Assembly (NCBI GenBank): GCA_964577785.1
Contig: CAZOAK010000001.1
Location: 22,398-86,397 of the forward strand
Reading direction: 5' to 3'
Length of the DNA stretch: 64,000 nt
From: an uncultured Candidatus Saccharibacteria bacterium
GTDB taxonomy: Bacteria > Patescibacteriota > Minisyncoccia > Phycocordibacterales > CAIRYW01
The notes beneath the pieces were generated by a model, which worked only from the letters and a program-made list of their open reading frames with translations, was not told the DNA's origin and made no database searches. Shown in pieces: positions 18,860 through 28,801 of this stretch. The position numbers and the translations under genes are program-made. Each line of letters opens with the position of its first letter. Positions within the stretch are counted from its first letter, which is position 1.

Positions 18860-20119
18860 TTAAAATATTTGCCACAAAACAGCGCCTGCGACAACAATCA
18901 TCAAAATTGTGGTAAACCAGCCCAAAAATTGCCCTACCCTACCGTTTTTATAGGGTCCCATAATACTAGAATTGCCTGCCAAAAGCATTATAAAGACCAA
19001 AGCAATGGGTGCAACAAGTGCATTGGCAACAGATGTGTATACCAAAGCTTTCATAGGATTCACTCCAAAGAAATTAAATAGTAATCCAAAGAGAACAGAG
19101 AGACCTATAATAAAATAAAACATTTTAGCATCCGAAGGTTTACGGTAGAGACCCTCCTTGTAGTCAAAGGTTTCAGTAAATATGTATGCTGAGGATGCGG
19201 CGAGTACCGGTATTGCCAAGAGTCCTGTACTTATAATTCCAAAGGCGAATAGTATGTATGAGAAATTACCAGCAAGAGGTCTCAGTGCTTCAGCTGCTTC
19301 TTTGGCACTTGTGATGTTTGTAATTCCTGCTTTAAACAGTGTTGAGGCACAAACGGTAATAATAAAAAACATAACGATATTAGAAAGAAACATTCCTCCC
19401 CAAACATCTATGCGCATTTGCTTCATGTTCTTCGGTCCATCTTCAATTCTAGACTCTACCGTCGTTTCTCCCTTACTTATTTCATCCTCAACCTCTTGCG
19501 ATGTTTGCCAGAAGAATAAATAAGGAGAAATAGTTGTTCCAAGTATGGCCGCAATTATAATCACACTATCTCTATTCCATTCAAATGAAGGTATGAAAGT
19601 ATTGTAAACCAACTCCGTCAAATCGAGATGGAGTATCAAACCGCAAAATATGTATGCCAAAAGTGACATTGCAAGCCATTTAAGATATCTCGCATATTTG
19701 TCATATGTCACAAATATTTCCAAGTAAACTGTGAGGAGGGAGATTATTAAGAGCGGAATCCAGAATGGTGATGCTGGAATAAACATGGTGACTACTTCTG
19801 CCATAGCCCCGAGATCTGCCCCAATATTTAAGGTGTTTGCAAGTATTACAAAGAATCCACAAAAATACAGCCACTTCTTTGAGAAGTTTAGACGGATATT
19901 CTCAGCGAGTCCGCGTCCTGTAACAAGAGCGATTCGCGCACAAATTTCTTGTACCACTCCCATAAGAATGAATGAGTAAGGGGCAAGCCAAAGAAATTTG
20001 AATCCAAACTGTGCTCCGGTTTGTGAATAAGTGGCAATCCCAGATGGGTCGTCATCAGCCGCTCCAGTTGTGACACCAGGACCAATCATTCCCCACCATT
20101 TTTTGATTTTATTAAGCAT
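18860..20119 (-). CDS. NRAMP-family divalent metal transporter
   Basis: GPG..TGAADDDPSGIATYSQ, GTTISPYLFFWQ. Confidence 0.92.
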   Translation of the reverse strand: MLNKIKKWWGMIGPGVTTGAADDDPSGIATYSQTGAQFGFKFLWLAPYSFILMGVVQEICARIALVTGRGLAENIRLNFSKKWLYFCGFFVILANTLNIGADLGAMAEVVTMFIPASPFWIPLLIISLLTVYLEIFVTYDKYARYLKWLAMSLLAYIFCGLILHLDLTELVYNTFIPSFEWNRDSVIIIAAILGTTISPYLFFWQTSQEVEDEISKGETTVESRIEDGPKNMKQMRIDVWGGMFLSNIVMFFIITVCASTLFKAGITNITSAKEAAEALRPLAGNFSYILFAFGIISTGLLAIPVLAASSAYIFTETFDYKEGLYRKPSDAKMFYFIIGLSVLFGLLFNFFGVNPMKALVYTSVANALVAPIALVFIMLLAGNSSIMGPYKNGRVGQFLGWFTTILMIVVAGAVLWQIF

Positions 20120-20148
20120 GCCTTATTATAGCAAAGATTACATTTTAT

Positions 20149-20742
20149 TTATTTTTGCAGCCATGGAATCTTAAATTCTTTAAATTCAGGGAACATTGGT
20201 TTGTCATTAAATAATCTTGAGAAAGCTTCTACTTCCCATTTGGCACCGTTTATTGCAATATGAGGTTTTGGTTCTGTGGGTATACCCACATATTCCATTA
20301 TCTTATCTGAATCTAGGTCTGTTCTATGGTTTGCATGTGGCACAGCAAGTCCTCGCTTGTTCATGTGGAAATATACGATTGAGTGAAGGTCAATAACTCT
20401 TTTTGGAATTGAGATATTGATTCCTGCCCTTTCAGCGCCTGCGATGAGAAATGCTACATCGAAAGAAGGGTTTTGGCCAGCAACAGTGTGGTCATTTTTA
20501 TCCTTAATCCAATCTAAAAAATCTTTAACAATTTCTGCCTCACTTTGTTTAGATTTATCTAGCAGCTGTTCGTGTGTCATGCCATTCACCATCAGTGACT
20601 CTTCTTCAATTCTAGCTCCCTCAAAGATATAACACTCCTTGAAGAAAGTATCCTTAGGATTATCAAAATCAATTGCTCCAATAGATACCAATGAATGGTA
20701 TCGTGGATCTGTGCCTGAAGTTTCTACGTCAACGATTAGCAT
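20149..20742 (-). CDS. DEDDh 3'-5' exonuclease
   Basis: VDVETSG, GQNPSFD, PH.AING. Confidence 0.85.
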   Translation of the reverse strand: MLIVDVETSGTDPRYHSLVSIGAIDFDNPKDTFFKECYIFEGARIEEESLMVNGMTHEQLLDKSKQSEAEIVKDFLDWIKDKNDHTVAGQNPSFDVAFLIAGAERAGINISIPKRVIDLHSIVYFHMNKRGLAVPHANHRTDLDSDKIMEYVGIPTEPKPHIAINGAKWEVEAFSRLFNDKPMFPEFKEFKIPWLQK

Positions 20743-20865
20743 TTGGGTTCAGGAATTAAGTATTAAGAATTATGTATTAATTATAGATTAGAAAATGGAA
20801 TGTGGAAAGCAGGTTAAATAGTAACTATGTTGCAATTTAAGTTGAGTGTAAGATACGTTGACCAC

Positions 20866-21360
20866 CTACATCCCTTTACAATTACTCGCCTTCGCAAACC
20901 CTGCTTTCTCAGCTTCGAGAGCGCTTGCAAAAAATACTTTGTTTTTAGCCAAAATTCTTTCCGCTGAACCACACCAAGGGAGGTAGTATTTTGTTCCATT
21001 TTTGGATGCTACTACCTGCCCGCCATTGTTTGAGACTGCAGTCGATGGCAGGCGGGCCTGTCCGCCATCGGCCGAGTCAGCAGGCGACGACAGGCGGGCC
21101 TGCCCAGTGATAGTCTTATCCGAATTATCGATTTTGGTTAGTGGTACAGTATTCGAAGAGGTTTGTTTCGCGGATGTGTCTAGGGTGTTGTTTTCGAATG
21201 TTATATCACTGCTATCGCCTACCCCTTTTAATACGGAATATTTACCCAATAGGAATGAGGAGATTGCCACCGTAGCTATAATAATTGACACCCCTATCTC
21301 TTCTGGGTGTCTTATTATAAACAGCTTGATTTTGTTCAAATATCGGGTTATTATACTCAC
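20866..21360 (-). CDS. Membrane-anchored protein with Ada-like metal-binding C-terminus and two in-frame 42-bp inserts
   Basis: TM; VASKNGTKYYLPWC...F....EAEKAG.....C. Confidence 0.75.
   Translation of the reverse strand: MSIITRYLNKIKLFIIRHPEEIGVSIIIATVAISSFLLGKYSVLKGVGDSSDITFENNTLDTSAKQTSSNTVPLTKIDNSDKTITGQARLSSPADSADGGQARLPSTAVSNNGGQVVASKNGTKYYLPWCGSAERILAKNKVFFASALEAEKAGFAKASNCKGM
21015..21098. repeat. Two tandem 42-bp GC-rich elements inside a CDS
   Basis: 21015-21056 and 21057-21098, each cctgYccgcc...caggcggg. Confidence 0.85.
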
Positions 21361-21449
21361 TAAGTTAAGTTAGATCCTATAAGGTTACTTTTATGGTGTA
21401 TCTATTATAAACGAGAAAACAATTTTAAGATAATTATAATTTAAATCAT

Positions 21450-21725
21450 ATGGCAACCAAAAAAGCCGGCGGTACCGCCAAAAACCTGACAGATTCAAAT
21501 CCAAAGTTCCTTGGAGTGAAGCTGTCGGATGGAGAAACAGCAAAAATCGGGGACATCATAGTTCGCCAGAGAGGAACAGCAGTTATGGCGGGAAAGAATA
21601 TAGGTGTAGGAAAGGATCATACACTATTCGCACTTAAGCCAGGGATTGTAGAATTCAAAAACAAAAGAAAACTAAATTTTGATGGAACAAAGACTGTGAG
21701 AAAGATTGTTAACATTAAAGCTTAG
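21450..21725 (+). CDS. rpmA: 50S ribosomal protein L27
   Basis: MATKKAGG...LGVK...IIVRQRGT...GKDHTLFAL. Confidence 0.97.
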   Translation: MATKKAGGTAKNLTDSNPKFLGVKLSDGETAKIGDIIVRQRGTAVMAGKNIGVGKDHTLFALKPGIVEFKNKRKLNFDGTKTVRKIVNIKA

Positions 21726-21765
21726 CAGGAAAGAAGCTTAGGGGCTTAGAAGGAAAACAAAATAA

Positions 21766-21798
21766 AAACAGCACCGCGGCTTTGCCGCGGTGCTGTTT
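21766..21798. terminator. Repeated bidirectional terminator, copy 2
   Basis: Between convergent rpmA and rplI. Confidence 0.85.
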
Positions 21799-21837
21799 TT
21801 GATTGAATACTTGAAAATTGAGACTTGAATACTTCAA

Positions 21838-22281
21838 TTAAATTGCTTCAACAGTCAATTTAATAACTGCTTTCTTATCCCCCACCCTAACCACAAGATC
21901 ATGTGGTCCTGTTTCTTTGATATGTTTATCTAGTACAAGAAAATCAGGATGGATATCTGCGCCAATAGATTTTTTGATTGCTTCAATAATCTCGTTCGCA
22001 TGGAGTTGTGCGAACAGGTGACCTTTACTATTAGCTTTGGCTTTTATAACAACCTCTTTCTCGTTAATTTGAGCTAGATTTTTGATCAACAAATCTTCTT
22101 GTATTTTCTTTTCAGCAAGCATTATTGTTTTGAGGCTCTCAATCTTTTTTATCTCAGAATCTGTTGCAATTTTTGCAGATCCTTGCGGTATTAGATGGTT
22201 TAGAGCAAACCCATCAGCCACATTTTTGATATCAAATTTTCTTCCAATTTTCGCAACGTCTTTAAGTAGTATTACTTTCAT
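21838..22281 (-). CDS. rplI: 50S ribosomal protein L9
   Basis: MKVILLKDV..IG....VADGFALNHLIPQG. Confidence 0.95.
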   Translation of the reverse strand: MKVILLKDVAKIGRKFDIKNVADGFALNHLIPQGSAKIATDSEIKKIESLKTIMLAEKKIQEDLLIKNLAQINEKEVVIKAKANSKGHLFAQLHANEIIEAIKKSIGADIHPDFLVLDKHIKETGPHDLVVRVGDKKAVIKLTVEAI

Positions 22282-22292
22282 TTCGATTATAT

Positions 22293-23516
22293 TTAATTTT
22301 TCTTTGCTAATTCTAACGCTTTGTCTAACTGAGGATCTTTTTTTGCAGCAATATCCTCTGGTGTTAACTCAACGATGTGATCCGGTACAATCCCGTTATG
22401 AGATATTGAAGTTCCTTTCGGTGTTAGCCATCTTGCGATTGTAACCTTTAACATTGAATCGTCTGTAAGTGGTATTAATTCTTGTACAGATCCTTTACCG
22501 TAAGTTTTTGTTCCAACAAGGACTGCTTTGTCATAATCCCTCAAGGCACCAGCAAATATTTCCGATGCAGATGCAGAATTTTCATTTACCAACATCACTA
22601 TTTTTACATTGTTGTTAAATAGGTTGTATCCTTTACTTCTATATGATTTAGGATCCTCTTTTTTACCAAAATCTTCAGTCACAATTACTTTACCTGTTCC
22701 TAAAAACCAACTTGATATATCAACAGCTGCTTCTAGGTATCCTCCTGTATTATTTCGGAGGTCTATTATTAGTTTTGAGTCTTTGTTATCAACGAATTCT
22801 CTGAGTGCAGATCTAAATAGTTCAGGAGAATTAGATGTGAAGCTTGTAAGCTTGATGAGGAAAACACCATCCTCTAATCTCTCTGTCTCAATAACTGGTA
22901 CAGTCACGGAGTCTCTCTTTATGGCCATCTCAACTTTAGACTTACTACTTCCTCTAACAATAACTAAATTTACTATTGTCCCCTTTTTTCCTCTAATTAG
23001 AGACACGGCCTCATCAATATCAATTCCTGACATATTTTTTCCATTAACCTCTGTTATGATATCTCCCTCTGTAACACCATTTTTTTCTGCTGGGGAATTT
23101 TTAATTACCGAAGTTACTGTTAAAACACCTGTTTTCATTGAAAGTACTGCTCCAATTCCATCCACACTACCTGATAGGTCGGTGTTGAAGCTTTTTGTTT
23201 CCTCTGGTGGAAGATATGTTGTGTATGGATCACCCAATGACTCAGCCAATCCCTTAATTGCTCCATAGATTTTATCTTGCTCGCTAGTTGTTGTAGCCGT
23301 ATCAATGTATCTATCTTCTAGTATGTCCCACGCTTTCCAAAAGGCTGACATGTCGATACTATTTCGGTCACTTGTTAAATTATTTGTATAGGTACTTGCA
23401 ATTGCTGTTTTGTTTGCGTCAACATATAGTCCAGCAAAAAAAGAAACTGTTACTAAAAAAGTGGTTCCTACTATAATTCCAGCTCTTTTCCCCAAGTTTT
23501 TTATTGTTTGATTCAT
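22293..23516 (-). CDS. S41 C-terminal processing peptidase (CtpA-like)
   Basis: DPYT, PDZ domain, IDLRNNTGG, SASASEI, TYGKGSVQ. Confidence 0.93.
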   Translation of the reverse strand: MNQTIKNLGKRAGIIVGTTFLVTVSFFAGLYVDANKTAIASTYTNNLTSDRNSIDMSAFWKAWDILEDRYIDTATTTSEQDKIYGAIKGLAESLGDPYTTYLPPEETKSFNTDLSGSVDGIGAVLSMKTGVLTVTSVIKNSPAEKNGVTEGDIITEVNGKNMSGIDIDEAVSLIRGKKGTIVNLVIVRGSSKSKVEMAIKRDSVTVPVIETERLEDGVFLIKLTSFTSNSPELFRSALREFVDNKDSKLIIDLRNNTGGYLEAAVDISSWFLGTGKVIVTEDFGKKEDPKSYRSKGYNLFNNNVKIVMLVNENSASASEIFAGALRDYDKAVLVGTKTYGKGSVQELIPLTDDSMLKVTIARWLTPKGTSISHNGIVPDHIVELTPEDIAAKKDPQLDKALELAKKN

Positions 23517-23596
23517 TAGGCAATTATGTCAAAAAAAACGTGCCTGTGCAACTTATTCAAATAATAGTATAATTCTCTTTATCTACAGAAACTTGT

Positions 23597-25072
23597 ATGA
23601 CAATACATCTATACAACACATTAGGTAAAACTAAGCAAGAATTCAAACCGATAAACGAATCTGAGGTTCGTTTGTATTCTTGTGGACCGACTGTCTATTA
23701 TGATGCTCATATTGGCAATTTACGCGCTTATGTGTTTGTTGATATATTGAAAAGAACTCTCAAATACAATGGGTACAAAGTTAAGCATATTATGAATGTG
23801 ACAGATATTGGGCACCTGACGAGTGATGCAGATGATGGTGAGGATAAAATGGTCAAAGCACTCAAACGAGAAGGTAAAGAAATGACTTTAGAAAATATGC
23901 GTGGAGTTGCTGACTTCTATTTTGAAAAATTTAAAGTAGATCTAGAAAAACTAAATATAGAATTCCCAGATAAATTCCCTTTTGCAAGTGATCATATTAA
24001 AGAAAGTGCTGGCATGATTTCTGTTTTAATTCAGAAGGGATTTGCTTACCAAACTAGTGATGGAATATATTTTGATACTTCAAAAGACGAGAATTATGGC
24101 AAACTTGGTGGAATTTCAAGCGACAATGACCACTCTCGAATCGAACAGAATACTGAAAAGAAAGATTACAGAGATTTTGCGTTGTGGAAATTCACCCGCC
24201 TGTCACCCGCCCGACATGCCTCAGACGGCAAGTCTTTGGCGGACGGGTCGCCTGCAGGCTCAGTCAATGGCGGACAGGGTGACGAAAGTGGGCTTGGATT
24301 TGATGCTTCGTTCGGTAAAGGCTTTCCTGGATGGCATATAGAGTGTTCAGCAATGAGTGAAAAATATCTCGGTGTGCCTTTTGATATTCATACAGGAGGG
24401 ATTGATCATATACCCGTTCATCATAATAATGAGATTGCCCAGACAGAGTGTTCCACAGGTAAAACTATGGCGAATTTTTGGATGCATAATGCTCATGTGA
24501 CCATAGGTACGGACAAAATGGCAAAATCCGGCGAAAATTTTATAACTTTAAAAACTCTAGGTGAAAACGGGATCCATTCTCTCGCCTATCGTTACTGGCT
24601 TTTGACTTCTAGATATTCCACGAGAGTGGACTATTCATTAGAAGCGATCAAAGCTTCTCAGACTGCATATGAAAAATTACAATCATATTTTAATACTTTA
24701 GAAAATAATGGTAGTCAGACTACCGTAGATAAAGGGTACGGCGATAGATTTGTTGAAGCAATAAATGATGATTTGGATACCCCAAAAGCTTTGGCTCTGG
24801 TTTGGGAATTGGTGAAGGATTCTAATATAGGTGATGCTGAGAAAAGAGCAATCTTGCTAGATTTTGATAAAGTTTTAGGACTCATGTTTGGGTCAGTGGT
24901 TAAAGAAGAAATAGTGGTTCCAGAAGATGTAAAGAGGCTCCTAGAGGTGCGTTTAAAGGCGCGCAGTGAAAAGAATTGGGCGGAATCAGACAGAATTCGA
25001 GATCAAATAAAATCTCTTGGATTTGAGGTAAAGGACGTCGGAGACATTCAAGAGTTGACAAAATCAATATAA
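23597..25072 (+). CDS. cysS: Cysteine--tRNA ligase with 28-aa insertion
   Basis: CGPTVY..HIGN, DFALWK, GFPGWHIECS, KMAKS. Confidence 0.97.
   Translation: MTIHLYNTLGKTKQEFKPINESEVRLYSCGPTVYYDAHIGNLRAYVFVDILKRTLKYNGYKVKHIMNVTDIGHLTSDADDGEDKMVKALKREGKEMTLENMRGVADFYFEKFKVDLEKLNIEFPDKFPFASDHIKESAGMISVLIQKGFAYQTSDGIYFDTSKDENYGKLGGISSDNDHSRIEQNTEKKDYRDFALWKFTRLSPARHASDGKSLADGSPAGSVNGGQGDESGLGFDASFGKGFPGWHIECSAMSEKYLGVPFDIHTGGIDHIPVHHNNEIAQTECSTGKTMANFWMHNAHVTIGTDKMAKSGENFITLKTLGENGIHSLAYRYWLLTSRYSTRVDYSLEAIKASQTAYEKLQSYFNTLENNGSQTTVDKGYGDRFVEAINDDLDTPKALALVWELVKDSNIGDAEKRAILLDFDKVLGLMFGSVVKEEIVVPEDVKRLLEVRLKARSEKNWAESDRIRDQIKSLGFEVKDVGDIQELTKSI
24195..24278. repeat. Nested pair of 42-bp elements inside cysS
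   Basis: Outer element is 36/42 identical to reverse complement of 21057-21098 once inner 24206-24247 is removed. Confidence 0.85.
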
Positions 25073-25089
25073 TCAGTTAAAATGTTGGC

Positions 25090-25408
25090 TAGTGAATAAA
25101 TGGTTCACACACGTAGTGCTGTGAGGTCTCCAAGGAGGGTTGTTGTTGGTTGCGTCATGGGACGTGAGCCTAGGTATTGTTACCTCTTAGGATAGATCTT
25201 AACCTGCGTGTGTGGACCACCATACGATCTTTTTTCTCTGTACTTGTAGTACTCATATTGTGTTCGGTTCGAATCATTGAGTAAGAAAACTCTGATTTGA
25301 TTAAAAATGTGGTGTGGTAATATAAATCCACACACATCATGAGACACATAACTGTAAGGATCAGAGAAATTTAAAATGGTACAAGGGAACTCCACCTTGT
25401 ACCATTTT
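25090..25408 (+). ncRNA. Candidate ~320-nt sRNA (or micro-ORF transcript)
   Basis: ttgaca (25055) -17- taaaat (25078); terminator aaaatggtacaagg...ccttgtaccatttt; no long sense ORF. Confidence 0.55.
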
Positions 25409-25414
25409 CGTTTT

Positions 25415-25454
25415 ATCCAGCACTAAATTTTTTCAAGAAAATTTAGTGCTGGAT
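25415..25454. repeat. Palindromic repeat, copy 2 of 3943-3984
   Basis: atccagcactaaattt...aaatttagtgctggat. Confidence 0.85.
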
Positions 25455-26147
25455 TTATTTTTTATGATTTAGATTTAGAAATTGTTCAGCCAAGACTAAG
25501 TCTTCTGGTGCAGTTATTTGGAGCCAGAAGTTTGCTGTAACAGCTTTTATTGACACATCACTTTTCATTGAAAGAATTGTCTGGGGTAGACCATATTCCC
25601 CACCCGGGATTTGTACCATTTCATAACCAAAATATTTTGGGGTGAGTGAATACATTCCGGCACATACGAACCCTGCTATATCTTCTGGGTATTTTTCGAT
25701 AATATCTTTTATTACTCCGTCATTATCAAAAATAACTTTGGCCTTACCTTTTAAACTTTCTGTTTCTCTAATTAGAATTGAATAATCCTCCCTAATACAA
25801 CTCTCCATGTCTTCCTTTGAATAAATATCATCACCCATCATGACTAGGAATTTTTCTTCGTTTAGAAGTTTGTCTTTACATACACTTAAAGAATGGGCAG
25901 TCCCTAGTAGTTCTTCTTGTAGAATGTAGGTAATTTTGAGTCTGCCATATTTATCTCCCAATACTTCAGTAATTTTATCCTTCAAATAACCAACAACAAT
26001 TATTACTTCAGTAATAATTTCGGGCATCATATCAAGCTTATGTTCAATAAGAGTCTTACCCAACACCTTTAGCATTGGTTTTGGAGTTGTGATAGATAAT
26101 TCACCCATACGAGTTCCCTTCCCGGCGGCTAGTATAACTGCAATCAT
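25455..26147 (-). CDS. Sugar-phosphate nucleotidyltransferase
   Basis: AVILAAGKGTRM...PKPML, LGTA, GDD. Confidence 0.9.
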   Translation of the reverse strand: MIAVILAAGKGTRMGELSITTPKPMLKVLGKTLIEHKLDMMPEIITEVIIVVGYLKDKITEVLGDKYGRLKITYILQEELLGTAHSLSVCKDKLLNEEKFLVMMGDDIYSKEDMESCIREDYSILIRETESLKGKAKVIFDNDGVIKDIIEKYPEDIAGFVCAGMYSLTPKYFGYEMVQIPGGEYGLPQTILSMKSDVSIKAVTANFWLQITAPEDLVLAEQFLNLNHKK

Positions 26148-26149
26148 GT

Positions 26150-26758
26150 TTAGTTTGTTGATTTATTTTTTAATGCTTCCTTAATCGTATCGATATCGGA
26201 GTATTCTATTTCAAGTCCGGTAGAAAGTCCACGCCCGAGCCGAGAGACCCTTATTTCAGAATTTACTTCCTTTATTATTTTCTCAATTATGTCAGATGTA
26301 TTCTCGCCTTCGTGGGTTGCCGAAAGCGCCAATATTACTTCAGTTAGATTTTTGCTGTTCTCTATTTTTGATTTTAGTTGGTTAAGTCTGACTCTTTTTT
26401 CAGGAACTTTTTCTAGAATTGGCACAAGTCCTCCAAGAATAAAATATTTACCAGAAAACACTCCACTCTTTTCTACGGCAATAAGATCGTTATCTTTGGC
26501 CACAAGCATAAGTGTTAAATCATCTCTGTTTGGGTTACTACAAATTGAACAAATCGAGAGATTATTTTTCTTTGCAAAATACCTCATGCATTCTGTACAT
26601 TGAGTAACATCTCTTTTAAGTGTCGTGAGGAGTGATTTTAATTCCTCTAAATAATTCTGATCTCGTCCCAACAAATAATAAGCAAACCTCTCCGCCTGGC
26701 GAGGACCTATTCCTGGGAAATGACCAAATATTTCTTTTAATTTCTCAAATGAGTCCAT
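26150..26758 (-). CDS. recR: Recombination mediator RecR
   Basis: PGIGPRQA.R, C4 zinc finger, Toprim EG..T, GLEIEY.D. Confidence 0.95.
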   Translation of the reverse strand: MDSFEKLKEIFGHFPGIGPRQAERFAYYLLGRDQNYLEELKSLLTTLKRDVTQCTECMRYFAKKNNLSICSICSNPNRDDLTLMLVAKDNDLIAVEKSGVFSGKYFILGGLVPILEKVPEKRVRLNQLKSKIENSKNLTEVILALSATHEGENTSDIIEKIIKEVNSEIRVSRLGRGLSTGLEIEYSDIDTIKEALKNKSTN

Positions 26759-26774
26759 ATGCGCTTCGCTTAAT

Positions 26775-27210
26775 TATTCAAGTTTCAATTTTCAAGTATT
26801 CAATAAATACGAATTAATTGTTTTTTGAAGTGTGAATAATTTTAGAAAATATTAATAATAATTCGTGACATTCTGTAAATAATACACTGAAATCCGAATC
26901 CAATTCTGGATGAGCAGTCTTTAACAATTCTATCCAGTGTTCAGTTTCCTTAATTTCCTTCTTGGCTATCAATATTTTGTGTATAAAATCTTTCTTACTC
27001 TCGGCTTCAATAGCTTCACAATAATTTGCACCAATTGATCCTGAAGATCCTACTAACTGACTAATTAACCTCCTATTAATTGAATCCTCCCTCAATCTTT
27101 TTAACAACACTATAATATTCTTTGCAAAATTTCTAGTCCTTTCGCTCAAATCAAATTTATTGTTATTTTGCATTTATATTATTGAATACTTGAAAATTGT
27201 GACTTGAATA
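26775..27210. repeat. 32-bp inverted repeats (26775-26806 and 27179-27210) flanking four-helix-bundle gene
   Basis: 30/32 complementary. Confidence 0.8.
26814..27173 (-). CDS. Four helix bundle protein (23S rRNA IVS protein family)
   Basis: DLSERT..FA, QL..SSGSIGANY.EA..AESKKDFIHK..IA.KE..ET..W. Confidence 0.9.
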   Translation of the reverse strand: MQNNNKFDLSERTRNFAKNIIVLLKRLREDSINRRLISQLVGSSGSIGANYCEAIEAESKKDFIHKILIAKKEIKETEHWIELLKTAHPELDSDFSVLFTECHELLLIFSKIIHTSKNN

Positions 27211-27217
27211 CTTGGGC

Positions 27218-28600
27218 TTAAAAAGCCCCATCATCCTTTGTAAAATCTCCAATGTTTGATTTCTCTACACTCAGGAATGTTGTACGTTCAGCATCAAAGT
27301 ATAGTTCTATACTGCCTACTGGACCATTTCTGTGTTTGTCCACATGTATCTGGGCAATATTTTGTTTGTCAGAATCCTCCCTATATTTATCTTCACGGTG
27401 AATAAACATAACAACGTCAGCATCCTGTTCGATTGATCCAGAGTCTCTAAGGTCGGAAAGCTTTGGTCGCCCTGAGCCACCTCTTTTTTCAACGTCTCGA
27501 GAAAGCTGAGATAGTGCAAGTACCGGCACTTCAAGCTCACGAGCTAGCTGTTTTAGTGAACGAGAAATTTCAGTAATCTGCTGAACAACATTATCATTAT
27601 TCTTACTACCTGTCGGTGTTATTAGTTGTAGATAATCCACAACAATCATGCCAAGTCCTTTTTCTATCTTGAGTTTTCTGGCCACTGAACGCATTTTAAG
27701 GATATTATTCCCAGGCTGGTCATCAATATAAATAGGTGCTTTAGATAGCCGTTCAATAGAACCTCGGAGCTTTTCAAAATCGTGCTCGATAGATAATTTA
27801 CCTGTTCTGAGCTTCCATGCATTAACCATCGAATCAGCAGACAACATACGATCTACAAGTTGTTGGGAACTCATTTCCAGAGAAAATATTCCCACTGGAA
27901 TGTTGTGATGTACCGCCGCTTGTCGAGCAATGTCCAAAGCTAGAGCAGTCTTACCCATCGAAGGACGCGCTGCTAGAATTATTAGATCAGCCTTTTGAAA
28001 ACCAGAAAGCATATCGTCGAGTGCCTTGAATCCTGTTGGCACTCCACGAAGTTCATCCGTGGATTGATGAAGTCTTTCAAGTCTCTCCCATGCTTCATCC
28101 AGAGTTCCACTAAGTGGTATGAATTTTGCAATGTTAGATGAATTGCTAATATCAAAAATTTGTTTTTCTGCCCTGTCTAAAAGATCATCTGTATTTCCAC
28201 CTTCATCATAACCAAGCTCACTAATATCCTCCGCAGCAGAAATGAGACGGCGATGTGTATGTTTCTTTTTGACTAGCTCAGCATAGTGTCTAATGTTAGA
28301 TGCTGGAGGAATACTTTGGACAAGTTCTGCGAGATAACTTCTACCGCCAATTTTTTCTAAAATATTTTTATCAGAAAGCCTAGATGACATTGATATCATA
28401 TCTATAGGATCGCCTCTTCCGTTTAGCTCAAGCATTGTTTCAAAAATTGCTTTATGTTTATCAGCATAAAACGTTTCTGGAGTTAGAATATCTGTCACCT
28501 CATGGATAGCATCACTGCTCCGCATGATACCACCAAGAAGTGCCATCTCACTTTCTAGATGTTGAGGAGGGACGCGCATGTTTTTTTGAACTTTTTGCAT
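27218..28600 (-). CDS. dnaB: Replicative DNA helicase
   Basis: ARPSMGKT, FSLEM, VDYLQL, LSQLSR, DLRDSGSIEQDAD; start moved to ATG 28600 (7 nt after taaaat). Confidence 0.96.
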   Translation of the reverse strand: MQKVQKNMRVPPQHLESEMALLGGIMRSSDAIHEVTDILTPETFYADKHKAIFETMLELNGRGDPIDMISMSSRLSDKNILEKIGGRSYLAELVQSIPPASNIRHYAELVKKKHTHRRLISAAEDISELGYDEGGNTDDLLDRAEKQIFDISNSSNIAKFIPLSGTLDEAWERLERLHQSTDELRGVPTGFKALDDMLSGFQKADLIILAARPSMGKTALALDIARQAAVHHNIPVGIFSLEMSSQQLVDRMLSADSMVNAWKLRTGKLSIEHDFEKLRGSIERLSKAPIYIDDQPGNNILKMRSVARKLKIEKGLGMIVVDYLQLITPTGSKNNDNVVQQITEISRSLKQLARELEVPVLALSQLSRDVEKRGGSGRPKLSDLRDSGSIEQDADVVMFIHREDKYREDSDKQNIAQIHVDKHRNGPVGSIELYFDAERTTFLSVEKSNIGDFTKDDGAF

Positions 28601-28801
28601 AGGTCTAATTTTAGCACATCGACAAAATATGGAAGTATTGAAAGTCTCACAAACTGTGGGAGAAATGGGGACAACTGGTACTCCAGATTGCACACTTTGT
28701 GAAAACACGAAAATTTCTGGCTCAAAATTTTCTCCGTACGTCGCCGTCGCTCCTCTCGAGGTTTTCAAAAGTATGTAATCTTCCGTTTGAAGGTTTAATA
28801 C

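Noticed and set aside
21015-21105. Repeat-spacer look of the 42-bp units as a CRISPR array
   Set aside because: Only two units, inside a CDS, with no cas genes
26814-27173. Possible diversity-generating retroelement (Avd-like fold)
   Set aside because: No reverse transcriptase and no template/variable repeat pair with adenine-specific differences was seen
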